Notes under the pieces: generated by a model
Databases searched by the model: none
Told to the model about the DNA's origin: nothing
What the model saw: the letters and a program-made list of their open reading frames with translations, nothing else
Program-made: the position numbers and the translations under genes
Part shown: piece after piece, positions 9,159-19,002 of the stretch
Layout: each line of letters begins with the position of its first letter
How positions within the stretch are numbered: position 1 is the stretch's first letter
Origin: an uncultured Candidatus Binatia bacterium
GTDB lineage: Bacteria; Desulfobacterota; Binatia; UBA9968; JAJDTQ01
Assembly: GCA_965242525.1 (NCBI GenBank)
Contig: OZ251459.1
Coordinates: 3,680,001-3,744,000, forward strand
Length of the DNA stretch: 64,000 nt
Direction: 5' to 3'

Positions 9159-9848
9159 TCAGTCCTCCACCAGCGCCACCGCCCGGGTGGGTCCGCCGTG
9201 GGAGCCCCGGAGCCGGAGAGGGAACCCGATGAACGTGAACCGCTTTCCCGCCACCTCGGTCAGCACCAGGTTCTCGTAGTGGGTGATGTGGTGGAAGCGA
9301 CACATCATGTGGCACGGGTAGGTGCGGCTCACGGGGTTGTCCGGGGTGGGCGTGTCCACGCCGAAGGTCTTGACGCCCTTCTCCACCAGCCACATGCTGC
9401 CTTCCTCGCCCAGGCCGGGAAACGTCGTGAGGTACTCCGGCTGCCCCTTGTAGCGGTCACAGGTCCCCGTGTAGAGCAACAGGATGTCGCCCTTCCGGAG
9501 TTCGTGGCCGGACTTGGCCACCGCGGCGTCCAGCTCTTCGGGCGTGATGTCGGTGCAGGGTTCCTTGTGGGAGACGTCGATGCACAGGGCGTCCCCGTAG
9601 AACAGGTCCAGCGGCATCCGGTCGATGGTGAGGGCGCCGGGACGAGGGTCCAGGTGGCTGAAGGAATCCACGTGGGTGGGGCCGTTGTCGTTCAGCAGTA
9701 TGCCCGTGGTCTGGAACGAGAAGCCGCCCTCGAACCGCTGCTTGGTTTCCTCATGGGTGGCGTGCTGGAAGATGACGGTCTTCAGGTGGCCGGGATAGAC
9801 GTTCATGCCCTGGTATATCTCCACCGACAGATCCACGAGACGAGCCAT
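9159..9848 (-). CDS. Cyclase family (kynurenine formamidase-like) metal-dependent hydrolase
   Basis: NGPTHVDSFSH, GVDTPTPD, HYENL, GGPTRAVA; GGAGG RBS. Confidence 0.85.
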   Translation of the reverse strand: MARLVDLSVEIYQGMNVYPGHLKTVIFQHATHEETKQRFEGGFSFQTTGILLNDNGPTHVDSFSHLDPRPGALTIDRMPLDLFYGDALCIDVSHKEPCTDITPEELDAAVAKSGHELRKGDILLLYTGTCDRYKGQPEYLTTFPGLGEEGSMWLVEKGVKTFGVDTPTPDNPVSRTYPCHMMCRFHHITHYENLVLTEVAGKRFTFIGFPLRLRGSHGGPTRAVALVED

Positions 9849-9871
9849 GGGAGCACCTCCTTCCATGCTTT

Positions 9872-9968
9872 GGAACCTTTGATCCATCCTGATTCGAGGC
9901 GCCAAGCGCGTCCTTCGACTTCGCTACGCTACGCTCAGGACGAACGGGGGTAATTGCTCAGGGTTCCC
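9872..9968. repeat. Short MITE-like unit: TIR - REP core - TIR
   Basis: GGAACCTTTGAT left end, core at 9906-9947, TTGCTCAGGGTTCCC right end. Confidence 0.75.
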
Positions 9969-9992
9969 CCGGTTGGCGCGCGGGATGCGGCG

Positions 9993-10778
9993 TCAGTACG
10001 TCACGAGTCCCGCGGACACGTTCAAATCCTCGCCCGTAATGGACCGGGCCCGGTCGGAGGCCAGGAACGCCGCGGCCGCGGCCACGTCCCCGGCCGCCAC
10101 CAGACGGTTGAGGGGCGACCCCCGGGCGAGCTCGGCCCTCACCTCTTCCACCGTGACGCCCCGTCCCTCGGCCTGCTTCCGCATCATCCACTCGATGCGT
10201 TCCCCTTCCACCGCCCCCGGGGAGACCAGGTTCACGCGGACGCCGTGGGGTCCCGTCTCCAGGGCCAGCGTGCGGGTCAGGCCCACCAGCGCCAGCTTGC
10301 TCGCCGCATAGGGAGACCTTCCCCGCAACGGCCGCTTTCCGGTCATGGAGCCGATGATCACCACCGCTCCCGAACCGCGCTCGACCATGGAAGGCAGGAA
10401 CGCCCGGCAGCACAGGAAGGTCCCGGTGACGTTGACCGCGAAGGTCGCCTCCCAGTCCGCGGGGTCGGTTTCCCAGAGGGCCGCGGAAGGACCGCCCACG
10501 CCGCTGTTGTTCACCAGCACGTCCACGCGGCCGAAGCGCTCCAGCACCCTTCGCGCCGAGTCATCGACGCTGGCGGCGTCGCTCACGTCCGTGACCGCTG
10601 CCAGCCCCTTCCGTCCGAGTCCCTCCACCAGGGTGAGGGTCTCCTGCAGCGCCGCCTTGTCACGGGACGCCAACGCCACGTCGGCCCCTTCCCGGGCCAG
10701 GGTCACCGCGATCTCGCGTCCGATGCCGCGGCCGGCGCCGGTTACCACCGCCACCTTGTCTTCCAACGTCAACGACAT
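9993..10778 (-). CDS. Short-chain dehydrogenase/reductase (SDR)
   Basis: TGAGRGIG, NNSG, YAASK. Confidence 0.92.
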   Translation of the reverse strand: MSLTLEDKVAVVTGAGRGIGREIAVTLAREGADVALASRDKAALQETLTLVEGLGRKGLAAVTDVSDAASVDDSARRVLERFGRVDVLVNNSGVGGPSAALWETDPADWEATFAVNVTGTFLCCRAFLPSMVERGSGAVVIIGSMTGKRPLRGRSPYAASKLALVGLTRTLALETGPHGVRVNLVSPGAVEGERIEWMMRKQAEGRGVTVEEVRAELARGSPLNRLVAAGDVAAAAAFLASDRARSITGEDLNVSAGLVTY

Positions 10779-10802
10779 CCACCGCGCTCCCTGTCCCTCC
10801 CC

Positions 10803-12098
10803 CTACGGACCCTCCCCGGGCACGTCGTCGAAGCGGCGCGGGTCGAGCCTGAGCCGGGCCGTGATGGCGTGTCCCTGCATGTGCTCCGCCTCGGAGATGG
10901 CGTCCGCCGCGGGCGCCACTCGGCGCGAACCCTCCGCGGCCACCCTCTGGTAGGTCACGGTCTTGAGGAACTTCCCCACCCACAGGCCGCCGGTGTAGCG
11001 CGCGGCGCCCGCGGTGGGCAGCACGTGGTTGGTGCCGATGGCCTTGTCCGAATAGACCACGGTGGAGTGCCGGCCCAGGAACAGCGTCCCGTAGTTGGTC
11101 AGCCGCTCCAGGAACCAGTCGGGGTCCCGGGTCTGCACCTCCAGGTGCTCGGGGGCAAAGGCGTCGGCCTCCCGCGCCATCTCTTCGTCGGTGTCGCACA
11201 CCGTGATGCTGCCGTAGTCGCGCCAGGCCGGTCCGGCCACGTCCGCGGTGGGCCAGGTCTCCAGCCATCGTTCCACTTCCCGCGCCGCGGCCCGGGCCAG
11301 TTCCCGGGACGTGGTCACCAGCGCCGCGGGGGAAGTGGGGCCGTGCTCCGCCTGCCCCAGGAGGTCCGCGGCCACCACTTCGGGGTCCGCGGAGTCGTCC
11401 GCCAGGATCATGATCTCCGTGGGCCCGGCCAGCAGGTCGATGCCGGTCCGCCCGAAGAGTTGCCGCTTGGCCTCCGCCACGTAGGCGTTGCCCGCGCCCA
11501 CCAGCATGTCCACGGGCTCCAGGTCCTCGATGCCGAAGGCGAGGGCGGCCAGGGCCTGCACGCCGCCGATGCAGAAGATCTCGTCGGCCCCGGACGACGC
11601 CATGGCGAAGAGCTGGGGGGGATGCATGCCCCGGCCCTTCCGGGGAGGGGCGCAGGCCGCCACCCGCGGCACCGCCGCGGCCTTGGGCGTCACGATGGTC
11701 ATGATCGCCGACGCGACGAGGGGATAGGCCCCTCCCGGGGAGTACGCTCCCACCGAACCCACCGGAATGGACTTCTGCCCCAGCACCACCCCGGGAAGGG
11801 TCCGTCGCTCGAAGTCCCTCAGGCTCTCCCGCTGGAGGCGCGCAAAGCGCCGCACCTGGTCCTGGGCGAAACCGATGTGCCCCCTGAGGCCGGCGTCGGT
11901 CAGCGACTCGGCCTGCCGGACCTCTTCTTCCGGCACTCGGAAGGAGGGAGGACTCCAGCCGTCGAACCGCTCGGAGTACCTGCGCACCGCGGCCTCGCCC
12001 TCGCTCTCCACCGCGCCCAGGATCTCGCTCACCGTGGCGCGGATCCGGTCCGTGACCGCTCGCGGCTTGGGTTTGGGGGTCTTGAGGCGTTCGACCAT
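10803..12098 (-). CDS. Histidinol dehydrogenase family protein, HpsN-like catabolic paralogue
   Basis: GIDLLAGPTE, DLLGQAEH, APEHLE, DKAIGTNHVLPT; lies in a catabolic cluster rather than a his operon. Confidence 0.8.
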   Translation of the reverse strand: MVERLKTPKPKPRAVTDRIRATVSEILGAVESEGEAAVRRYSERFDGWSPPSFRVPEEEVRQAESLTDAGLRGHIGFAQDQVRRFARLQRESLRDFERRTLPGVVLGQKSIPVGSVGAYSPGGAYPLVASAIMTIVTPKAAAVPRVAACAPPRKGRGMHPPQLFAMASSGADEIFCIGGVQALAALAFGIEDLEPVDMLVGAGNAYVAEAKRQLFGRTGIDLLAGPTEIMILADDSADPEVVAADLLGQAEHGPTSPAALVTTSRELARAAAREVERWLETWPTADVAGPAWRDYGSITVCDTDEEMAREADAFAPEHLEVQTRDPDWFLERLTNYGTLFLGRHSTVVYSDKAIGTNHVLPTAGAARYTGGLWVGKFLKTVTYQRVAAEGSRRVAPAADAISEAEHMQGHAITARLRLDPRRFDDVPGEGP

Positions 12099-12149
12099 GG
12101 CGTGTCTTCCCCGGCGCCGCGTCCCCGAAGCGGGGCGGCACCCCGGACG

Positions 12150-13325
12150 CTACTCGAAATCGAGGGTCCTGGCTTCCATGCCGAGGGCGATCTTGCCCAC
12201 GGTCTCCAGGCACCGGTCGTTGGCCGGCGGCATGACCACCCCGGCCAGGGCGTCACGGAAGTGGCGCTCCAGGGGCAGGGAGCGAAGCAGCCCCCGGCCC
12301 CCGGTCAGGCGGACGGCCCGTTCGGCGATCTCCTTGGCCGCCTCCGTGGCCAGGTACTTGGCCTGGTTCAGTATGAAGGTGAGCTCCGTCTTGCTCGCGT
12401 TCCCCCGCAACATCCCCAACCGTTCCACCGCCCGCCGGGCGCTTTCCAGCAGGGTCGCCATCTCGCCCACCTGGCGCTGTATCCGGGGGTCGAACGCGAG
12501 CGTTTCGCTCATGCCGCGGAACTTCGACTTCTTGACGTACTCCACGCAGAACTCGTAGGCGGCTTCCGCGATGCCGAAATAGACGCCGGTGTAGCCCAGG
12601 GACCAGATGCTCATGTCCTTCCCCAGGATGGCCCCCGGCTCTCCCACCACGTCCTCCGGCAGGATCTCCACGTCGTGGAAGCGGATGGAGTTGGAGACCG
12701 TGCCCCGCATGCCCAAAGTGTCCCAGTCGTGCACGATCTCGACGCCCGGCTGGTCGGCGCGTATGAGCACGTTCAGGAGGCCGTCGGTGATGTCCTCGGA
12801 CCCGTCCAGCAGGCTCCAGGTGAAGTAGTAGGTGGCGCCGGTGGAAAGCGAGCAGAAGTGCTTGGTGCCGTTGAGCCGGTACCTGCCGTCCTCGCGCCGG
12901 ATGGAGGTGCGTATGGCCAGCTTGTCGCGGAACGAGCTTCCGGGCTCGCTGGTAATGGACGCGAAGACGGCGCCGTCGCGGACCACCTCGCCGAAATAGC
13001 GCTGCTGCTGCTCCGGCCCCGCGATCTGCAAGAGGAAATCGACGATGGCGCAGTGCATGTTGAAGGTGAGCCCGGTGGAGGCGCACCCCTTGGCGATCCG
13101 GGACAGGACCACCGCGTAGGTGAGGGAATCGGCCCCGATGCCGCCGTGCTCCCGGGGCACGGTCAGCGCCAGCAGCCCGGAGTCCCGCAGGTCCTGGTAG
13201 TTCTCGAAGGGGAACCGCGCCTCGCGGTCGATGGCGGAGGCCCGGGCGGCGAACTTCTCCCGGCCCAGGGAGTCGGCCACCTCCACCCAGTCGCGGAACT
13301 CTTCGGAGACCCGGAAAGCCATCAT
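12150..13325 (-). CDS. Acyl-CoA dehydrogenase family flavoprotein (possibly a monooxygenase)
   Basis: LTVPREHGG, LNGTKHFCS, WDTLGMRGTVS, LERHFRDA. Confidence 0.85.
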   Translation of the reverse strand: MMAFRVSEEFRDWVEVADSLGREKFAARASAIDREARFPFENYQDLRDSGLLALTVPREHGGIGADSLTYAVVLSRIAKGCASTGLTFNMHCAIVDFLLQIAGPEQQQRYFGEVVRDGAVFASITSEPGSSFRDKLAIRTSIRREDGRYRLNGTKHFCSLSTGATYYFTWSLLDGSEDITDGLLNVLIRADQPGVEIVHDWDTLGMRGTVSNSIRFHDVEILPEDVVGEPGAILGKDMSIWSLGYTGVYFGIAEAAYEFCVEYVKKSKFRGMSETLAFDPRIQRQVGEMATLLESARRAVERLGMLRGNASKTELTFILNQAKYLATEAAKEIAERAVRLTGGRGLLRSLPLERHFRDALAGVVMPPANDRCLETVGKIALGMEARTLDFE

Positions 13326-13789
13326 GGACGCGGGGCGGACGGCTCCTCACGGACCGCCCGGTTGCAGCGGCAGGTTCCGATCTGGTGCAACTCGATGACG
13401 TTGTCGAAGGGGTCCCGGAGGAAGATCTGTTGCGAGTCCGCGCCCACGAGGCCGTCGATGCTCCAGTACCGGACCCCCTGCGCGTCCAGCTCCCGGCGCG
13501 CTTCCGCGACGTCCTCCACCGCCAGCGCCACGTGGGGCAGGGTCGGGTCGTCCCGCTCGCTGCGCGCCGGCGGCGACTTTCCCGCAGCGCCCATGAGATG
13601 GATCTGGGCGGACCGTCCCGGGCGGCCCACGTCGAGCCAGAGCCCCGGCACGCCGGGGATGTCCGGTCGTCCGTCGTCCACCGGGATGCCGAGCACCTCC
13701 ACGTAGAAACGCCGGGCGTCGGCCACCGCTTCCGCGGCGGGACCGATGCGGACCCCGTGGTGGTGCAGCTCGAGGACCTTGATGGGCAT
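13322..13789 (-). CDS. VOC / glyoxalase family protein
   Basis: LHHHGV, QIHL, HVALAVEDV, FLRDPFDNVIEL; 4-bp overlap with the downstream gene. Confidence 0.85.
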   Translation of the reverse strand: MPIKVLELHHHGVRIGPAAEAVADARRFYVEVLGIPVDDGRPDIPGVPGLWLDVGRPGRSAQIHLMGAAGKSPPARSERDDPTLPHVALAVEDVAEARRELDAQGVRYWSIDGLVGADSQQIFLRDPFDNVIELHQIGTCRCNRAVREEPSAPRP

Positions 13790-13840
13790 GGCGGCCGCGC
13801 CCCGCTCGATTCGGGTGGACCCGGGGTCCCGTCCACGCCC

Positions 13841-14224
13841 TCACGCGGGCCGTTTCACGCTCCGGTCCGCGCCCACCTGGACCCGATAGACGAGACAGTC
13901 GCTGCCCGGCGCCGAGTGGATGTTGTGGGGCTCGCCGGCGTCGAAATAGACCACCGACCCCGGTCCGCAGCGCTGCTCGTTGCGCTGGCTGTCGATGCCC
14001 ACGGCCTCGCCTTCCACCACGTAGTAGATCTCGATGGCGCCCGGGTGGCTGTGGAGCGCCTCGCCCGGGGTCTCGCCGTCGCGGAAACAGGCGATGGTGA
14101 CGGAGCACTTGTCGTTGGAGACCACGCGGTTGCGGATGTAGCCCCCCTCCGCGCGTTCCGAGTAGGGCTGGTCGAGCTTCTGGTCCGAGAACTTGCCGAC
14201 TTCCCTGACGTTGAAGACTTCCAT
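13841..14224 (-). CDS. Cupin domain protein
   Basis: LHSHPGAIEIYYVVEG and GEPHNI cupin motifs; GAGGAGG RBS before ATG 14224. Confidence 0.85.
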   Translation of the reverse strand: MEVFNVREVGKFSDQKLDQPYSERAEGGYIRNRVVSNDKCSVTIACFRDGETPGEALHSHPGAIEIYYVVEGEAVGIDSQRNEQRCGPGSVVYFDAGEPHNIHSAPGSDCLVYRVQVGADRSVKRPA

Positions 14225-14256
14225 GGAGATCCTCCTCCCTCGAACGGGATTCGCCT

Positions 14257-15237
14257 TCAGTCCTTGGTCAGGAACCACGTGACCAGGCTGTTGAACTCCT
14301 GCCACTGGTCCAGCCACAGGAAATGGTTGGCCTTGTCGAACACGTGCATCTGGGCGTCGGGGATGCGCTTGTACAGCGCCAGGCCCGGGTCCACCCCCTT
14401 GTTGGAGTTCTTGCCCCACACCACCAGGGTGGGCCGCCGGATGTCCTTCACGTGGTCCCGGATGTGCTTGCCGTCGAACGCGTACATGTCCGAGTGCCCC
14501 GCCAGGCCCTGGTCGCCCCAGTACTCCTTGCCCTTGTGGTCCATGTAGAGTTTGTTCCACTTCTTCGACAGGTCCATGAGGTAGTCGAGGAACTCCTCCG
14601 ACACCATGGACTTGTCGTGGAAGAAGACCCCCGCGTACTTCCGCAGCCCTTCCCGGGTGGTGGTCAACCCCTCCTTGGGCATCATGCTGTTGGGCTCGAA
14701 GACCTCCTTGAAGTAGGGCAGTTCGCCCGTGCCCACCGGCGTCTTCACCCCGTCGATCTCCACGAACTCCCGGGAGGAGGCTTCGCCCTCGGTCTTGAGG
14801 GCCGAGCCCGCGGTGCTGCCGCTGTCGATGAGTATGAGCTTCTTCACCAGGTCCGGCCGCTTGAGGGTGATGTAGGTGACGATCCAGCCCCCCTGGGACT
14901 GGCCGGCCAGGTTGACGGGGCCGAGACCCAGCTCTTCGATGAAGCTGATGACGTGCTCGGCGCGCACCCGCACGTGGCCCAGCATGTCCAGGTCCCGGGG
15001 CGGGTCGGTGTCGCCGTGGCCCAGCTCGTCGATGGCATAGACGTGGAAGCGCTCGGACAGCGGGATGACGTTGGGATACCACCTGTAGAGGCCCATGCCC
15101 ACCTCGATGGAGCCGCCGTGCACCAGCAACAGCCGGTCCGCGTCCTTGTCGCCGGCCTCCACGTAATGGGTCCTGTAACCGTCCGCGGTCACGAACTTGC
15201 TCTCGAACTTGTCGGGGCTGTTGAACAGGGTCTCCAC
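14257..15237 (-). CDS. Alpha/beta fold hydrolase (paralogue 2)
   Basis: VHGG, GQSQGG nucleophile elbow, ANHFLW catalytic His. Confidence 0.88.
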   Translation of the reverse strand: METLFNSPDKFESKFVTADGYRTHYVEAGDKDADRLLLVHGGSIEVGMGLYRWYPNVIPLSERFHVYAIDELGHGDTDPPRDLDMLGHVRVRAEHVISFIEELGLGPVNLAGQSQGGWIVTYITLKRPDLVKKLILIDSGSTAGSALKTEGEASSREFVEIDGVKTPVGTGELPYFKEVFEPNSMMPKEGLTTTREGLRKYAGVFFHDKSMVSEEFLDYLMDLSKKWNKLYMDHKGKEYWGDQGLAGHSDMYAFDGKHIRDHVKDIRRPTLVVWGKNSNKGVDPGLALYKRIPDAQMHVFDKANHFLWLDQWQEFNSLVTWFLTKD

Positions 15238-15273
15238 GGCTTCCTCCTGTGCGGTTTGCGGGGCGGCGCGCCC

Positions 15274-16260
15274 TCAGTTCCTGGACAGGTACCAAGTGAC
15301 CAGGCTGACGAAATCCTTCGGGTGGTCGAGCCACAGGAAGTGGTTGGCCTTGTCGAAGATATGGAGCTGCGCATCCGGGATGCGCTTGTACAGGGCCAGT
15401 CCGGGGTCCACGCCCTTGTTGGAGTTCTTGGCCCAGATGACCAGGGTCGGGGTGCGGATCTCGTGGACCCGGTCCCGGATGTGCGCGCCGTCCACGTAGA
15501 ACTCCCTGGAATGCTCCCTCATGCTGGTCTTCTCCCAGAACTCCTTGCCCTTGTGGGTGAAGTAGAGGTCGTTCCACTTCTTCGAGAACTCGTAGAGGTG
15601 CTCGACCCATTCGTCGGTCACCATGGACTTGTCGTAGATGTAGGTTCCCACGAACTTGCGGATGCCTTCGCGGGTGGTGGTCAACCCCTCCTTGGGGTGC
15701 ATGGTGCCCTCTTCGAACACCTCCTTCATGTACGGCAGCACCCCGTCCCCGACCGGGACCCTGGCCCCGTCCACCTCCACCTCCCCGGGCGCGTCGGACT
15801 CGCCGCCGGTGTCCAGGGCCGAGCCCGCGGTGCTGCCGCTGTCGATGAGCACCAGCTTCTTCACCAGGTCCGGCCGCTTGATGGTGATGTAGGTGACGAT
15901 CCAGCCGCCGGTGGACTGGCCCACCAGGTTGACGGGCCCGAGCCCCAGGGTCTCGATGAAACGGATGACGTGCTCGGCGCGCACCCGGGGCCGCCAGAGG
16001 TCTGCGGTGTCCCGGGGCGGGTCGGTCTCGCCGTGGCCCAGCTCGTCGATGGCATAGACGTGGAACTTCTCCGCCAGGGGCAGGACCACCGGGTACCAGC
16101 GGTACAGGTCCATGCCGATGTCGATGCCGCCGCCGTGCACCAGCAGCAGGCTGTCCGGGTTGCCCTTGCCCGCCTCCACGTAGTGGGTGCGGTAGCCGTC
16201 CACCGCGGCGAAGCAGCTCTCGAACTTGTCGGGACTGTTGAACAGGGTTGGCGTCTCCAT
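15274..16260 (-). CDS. Alpha/beta fold hydrolase (paralogue 1)
   Basis: VHGG, GQSTGG, ANHFLW; closely similar to the adjacent gene. Confidence 0.88.
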   Translation of the reverse strand: METPTLFNSPDKFESCFAAVDGYRTHYVEAGKGNPDSLLLVHGGGIDIGMDLYRWYPVVLPLAEKFHVYAIDELGHGETDPPRDTADLWRPRVRAEHVIRFIETLGLGPVNLVGQSTGGWIVTYITIKRPDLVKKLVLIDSGSTAGSALDTGGESDAPGEVEVDGARVPVGDGVLPYMKEVFEEGTMHPKEGLTTTREGIRKFVGTYIYDKSMVTDEWVEHLYEFSKKWNDLYFTHKGKEFWEKTSMREHSREFYVDGAHIRDRVHEIRTPTLVIWAKNSNKGVDPGLALYKRIPDAQLHIFDKANHFLWLDHPKDFVSLVTWYLSRN

Positions 16261-16354
16261 GGGACCCTCCCTCACCGGCACGGTCTGCACGGCGCCCGAA
16301 CCCGCGCCGGAGCGGGAGGCCCCGGAGCGGGTTCGGCGGAACCGTTTACACCGT

Positions 16355-17905
16355 TTACTTGTCCAGCCAGGCGTGCGACACGCCCCCCTCCGACCACCGG
16401 ATGTCGCCGCGGCAGTTGGTCTTCATGCCCTTCAGGTGCGCGCGGCTCGCCTGGAAGATCGGCAGGTGCCCCAGGAACAGGTGCGGCAGGTCCCGGTTGA
16501 TCATGTCGAGAGCCTTGCGGTACATGACCCTCCGCTGCGCGGAGTCCCGGCTCTGGCGCGCTTTCTCCACCAGCTCGTCGTACTCGGGCAGGTTCCACCT
16601 GGCGTAGTTGTTCCTCTGGCCGGACTGGAAGAACCGGTAGTACAGGCCGTCGGGGTCCGGGACGTAGGTGAGGTGGCCGGGGTTCACGTCGAACTCGCCC
16701 TTCCCCTGCCTCGACCGATGGGCCGCCCGGTCCATCACCTGGAACTTCAGGTTGATGCCGACCTTCTTGAGCTGCGCCTGGGCCAGCGTAGCCAGGTTCA
16801 GGATGACGGTCTCGTTGCGGACGATGGTGACCAGGTCCAGCCCCTTCTCGTGGCCCGCGGCCTTCAGCAACTCCCGGGCCTTGTCCAGGTTCGCCTCCCG
16901 GTAGGGGTCCGGGACGTCCTCGAAGTACCAAGTGGAACCCGGATAGTAGGGCTGCGCTTCCGGCGTGGCGATGCCCCAGGTGAGCCCGTCCATCAGCCCC
17001 TTCTTGTCGATGGCGTAGGCGATGGCCTGACGCAGCCGGATGTCCTTCAGGGGACCCTTGGACAGGTTGAGGTTGAGGTAGAACCAGCGCGCCCCGGGCT
17101 TGAAGGAAGGCGTGACGCCCTTGGGCGGGTTGGCCCGTATGGGCTGCAACTGCTCGAACGGCACCGTCCACACCCAGTCCACGTCCGCGGTCCTCAAGGA
17201 CGTGTAGCGCACGGTGTCGTCGGTGATGGGCCTCAGTATGACCTCGTCCACGAAGGGGAGTTGGTTCCCCTTGGCGTCCTTCTTCCAGTAGTCCTCGAAC
17301 CGTTTCACCTTGACGTACTGCTTGGGCTTCCACTCGACGAACTCGAACGGACCCGTGCCGATGGGATGCGGCGGCTTGGACTCGAAGCTGTCCGAGTGGG
17401 TGATGAACGCCACCAGCGGACGGAACTTGACCAGGAACCCGGCGTCCGGCGCCTTGAGCGTGAACTTCACCCGGTACTTGTCCACCACCTCGATGTCCGA
17501 GATGGAGTTGAAGTTGCCCCGCCGGGGGGACTTGGTCTCCTTGTCCAGGAAGTGCTCGTAGTTCTTCTTGACGTCCTCGGCCGTAAGCTCCTTGCCGTTG
17601 TGGAACTTGACGCCCTTGCGCAGCAGGAAGGTGTATTCCTTGCCGTCCGGGGAGACCTCCCAGGACTCGGCCAGGCCCGGCACGATGTCGCACTTCTCGT
17701 CGTAGTCCACCAGGCTCTCGGCCACCAGGATGCCCATCTGGGCCGTGGGGTTGCCGACGGTCCGGTGCAGGTCCGGGGTGTGCAGGTCGGCGTACATGCC
17801 GAGGTTCAGGGTCCCGCCGTACTTCTGGGCCGCGCCTTCGTCGGGCGCCCCCAAGCCCAAAGCCACCAGCAGGGCGGCCAATGACAGGGAAAGTTTCGTA
17901 ACCAT
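16355..17905 (-). CDS. ABC transporter substrate-binding protein, family 5 (Opp/Dpp/Nik)
   Basis: Signal peptide, PGLAESWEVSPDGKEYTFLLRKGVKFHNG, PIGTGPF. Confidence 0.92.
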   Translation of the reverse strand: MVTKLSLSLAALLVALGLGAPDEGAAQKYGGTLNLGMYADLHTPDLHRTVGNPTAQMGILVAESLVDYDEKCDIVPGLAESWEVSPDGKEYTFLLRKGVKFHNGKELTAEDVKKNYEHFLDKETKSPRRGNFNSISDIEVVDKYRVKFTLKAPDAGFLVKFRPLVAFITHSDSFESKPPHPIGTGPFEFVEWKPKQYVKVKRFEDYWKKDAKGNQLPFVDEVILRPITDDTVRYTSLRTADVDWVWTVPFEQLQPIRANPPKGVTPSFKPGARWFYLNLNLSKGPLKDIRLRQAIAYAIDKKGLMDGLTWGIATPEAQPYYPGSTWYFEDVPDPYREANLDKARELLKAAGHEKGLDLVTIVRNETVILNLATLAQAQLKKVGINLKFQVMDRAAHRSRQGKGEFDVNPGHLTYVPDPDGLYYRFFQSGQRNNYARWNLPEYDELVEKARQSRDSAQRRVMYRKALDMINRDLPHLFLGHLPIFQASRAHLKGMKTNCRGDIRWSEGGVSHAWLDK

Positions 17906-18013
17906 GAGGTCCCTCCTTCCTGGGTTCCTTGCCGCCGTTGTCGAACTCCCAAAGCCGGACGTGAAGCCGCTACTTACTAGAATTCGACCCCTCCGTCCAC
18001 CACTATCTCGACG

Positions 18014-18964
18014 CTACTCCAGGGTGATCCTGGGGTTGGCGTACTTGTAGAGTATGTCCACGAAGAAGTTCACCGCCACGAAGATCACCGCGAAGATCAG
18101 GATGAGGGCCTGGACCAGTGGATAGTCCCGGCTGTACACCGCGCCCACCACCAGGCTGCCCACCCCGGGCCAGGCGAACACGTGCTCGACGATGACCGTG
18201 CCCCCGAGCAGCCGGCCGAACTGGAGGCCGATGACGGTGATGACCGGCACCAGCGCGTTCTTGAGCGTGTGCTTGAAGATGACCCGGCTCTCGGCCATGC
18301 CCTTGGCCCGGGCCGTGCGCACGTATTCCTTGCCGATCTCCTCCAGCATCTCCGAGCGGGTCATGCGCGCCACGATGGCGGCCATGCCCGTGCCCAGAGT
18401 GATGGAGGGGAGGATCAGGTAGGAGAGCGTGGTCCAGGGAGCGGCGAAGGAAGCCTCGTACCCGGACGCCGGCAGGATGGGCAGATACAGGCTGAAGGCG
18501 AGGATCAGCAGGATGCCCAGCCAGAAGTTGGGGATGGAGATTCCCAGGAGCGCGAACGACATGGCGGTGTAGTCGCTGGCGGTGTTGCGCCGGATGGCGG
18601 CGATGACCCCGGCCGGGATGGCGATCAGGATGGACACGATAGTAGAGAAGATGGTCAGCAGGATGGTGGCCGGGAAGCGTTCGGCGATCAGGGCCAGGTT
18701 CGACCTCTGGTAATGGATGGACTCGCCGAAGTCGCCCACGAGGATCTTTCCGATCCAGGCGAAGTACTGCACGTACAGCGGCTTGTCGAGACCCAGGAAC
18801 TGCTCGAACATGGCCCGCACCGAGGGGTCGTCCAGGTCCTCTTCCGCGAAGATGTAGTCCACCGGGTCGCCCGGTATCAGGTGCAGCAGCGAGAACACGA
18901 TCACCGACACCAGGAACAGGACGGGGACCAGGATCAGCAGGCGGTTGACGATGTATTGGCGCAA
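18014..18964 (-). CDS. ABC transporter permease (DppB/OppB type)
   Basis: PGDPV, YVRTARAKG, FAWPGVG, RDYPLVQ; TTG start after GAGGAAGG. Confidence 0.9.
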   Translation of the reverse strand: MRQYIVNRLLILVPVLFLVSVIVFSLLHLIPGDPVDYIFAEEDLDDPSVRAMFEQFLGLDKPLYVQYFAWIGKILVGDFGESIHYQRSNLALIAERFPATILLTIFSTIVSILIAIPAGVIAAIRRNTASDYTAMSFALLGISIPNFWLGILLILAFSLYLPILPASGYEASFAAPWTTLSYLILPSITLGTGMAAIVARMTRSEMLEEIGKEYVRTARAKGMAESRVIFKHTLKNALVPVITVIGLQFGRLLGGTVIVEHVFAWPGVGSLVVGAVYSRDYPLVQALILIFAVIFVAVNFFVDILYKYANPRITLE

Positions 18965-19002
18965 CGCAGTCCTTCCTCGTCCGGTTCCGGCCCTTCCCTG
19001 CC

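Noticed and set aside
10803-12098. Assigning the symbol hisD or hpsN
   Set aside because: Family membership is clear, but the substrate cannot be decided from sequence alone.
9954-13706. Very long ORFs on opposite strands or alternative frames (e.g. 1250 aa here, 47996-50875, 57201-60170)
   Set aside because: They are shadows of real genes caused by high GC3; they have no motifs and overlap well-supported CDSs.
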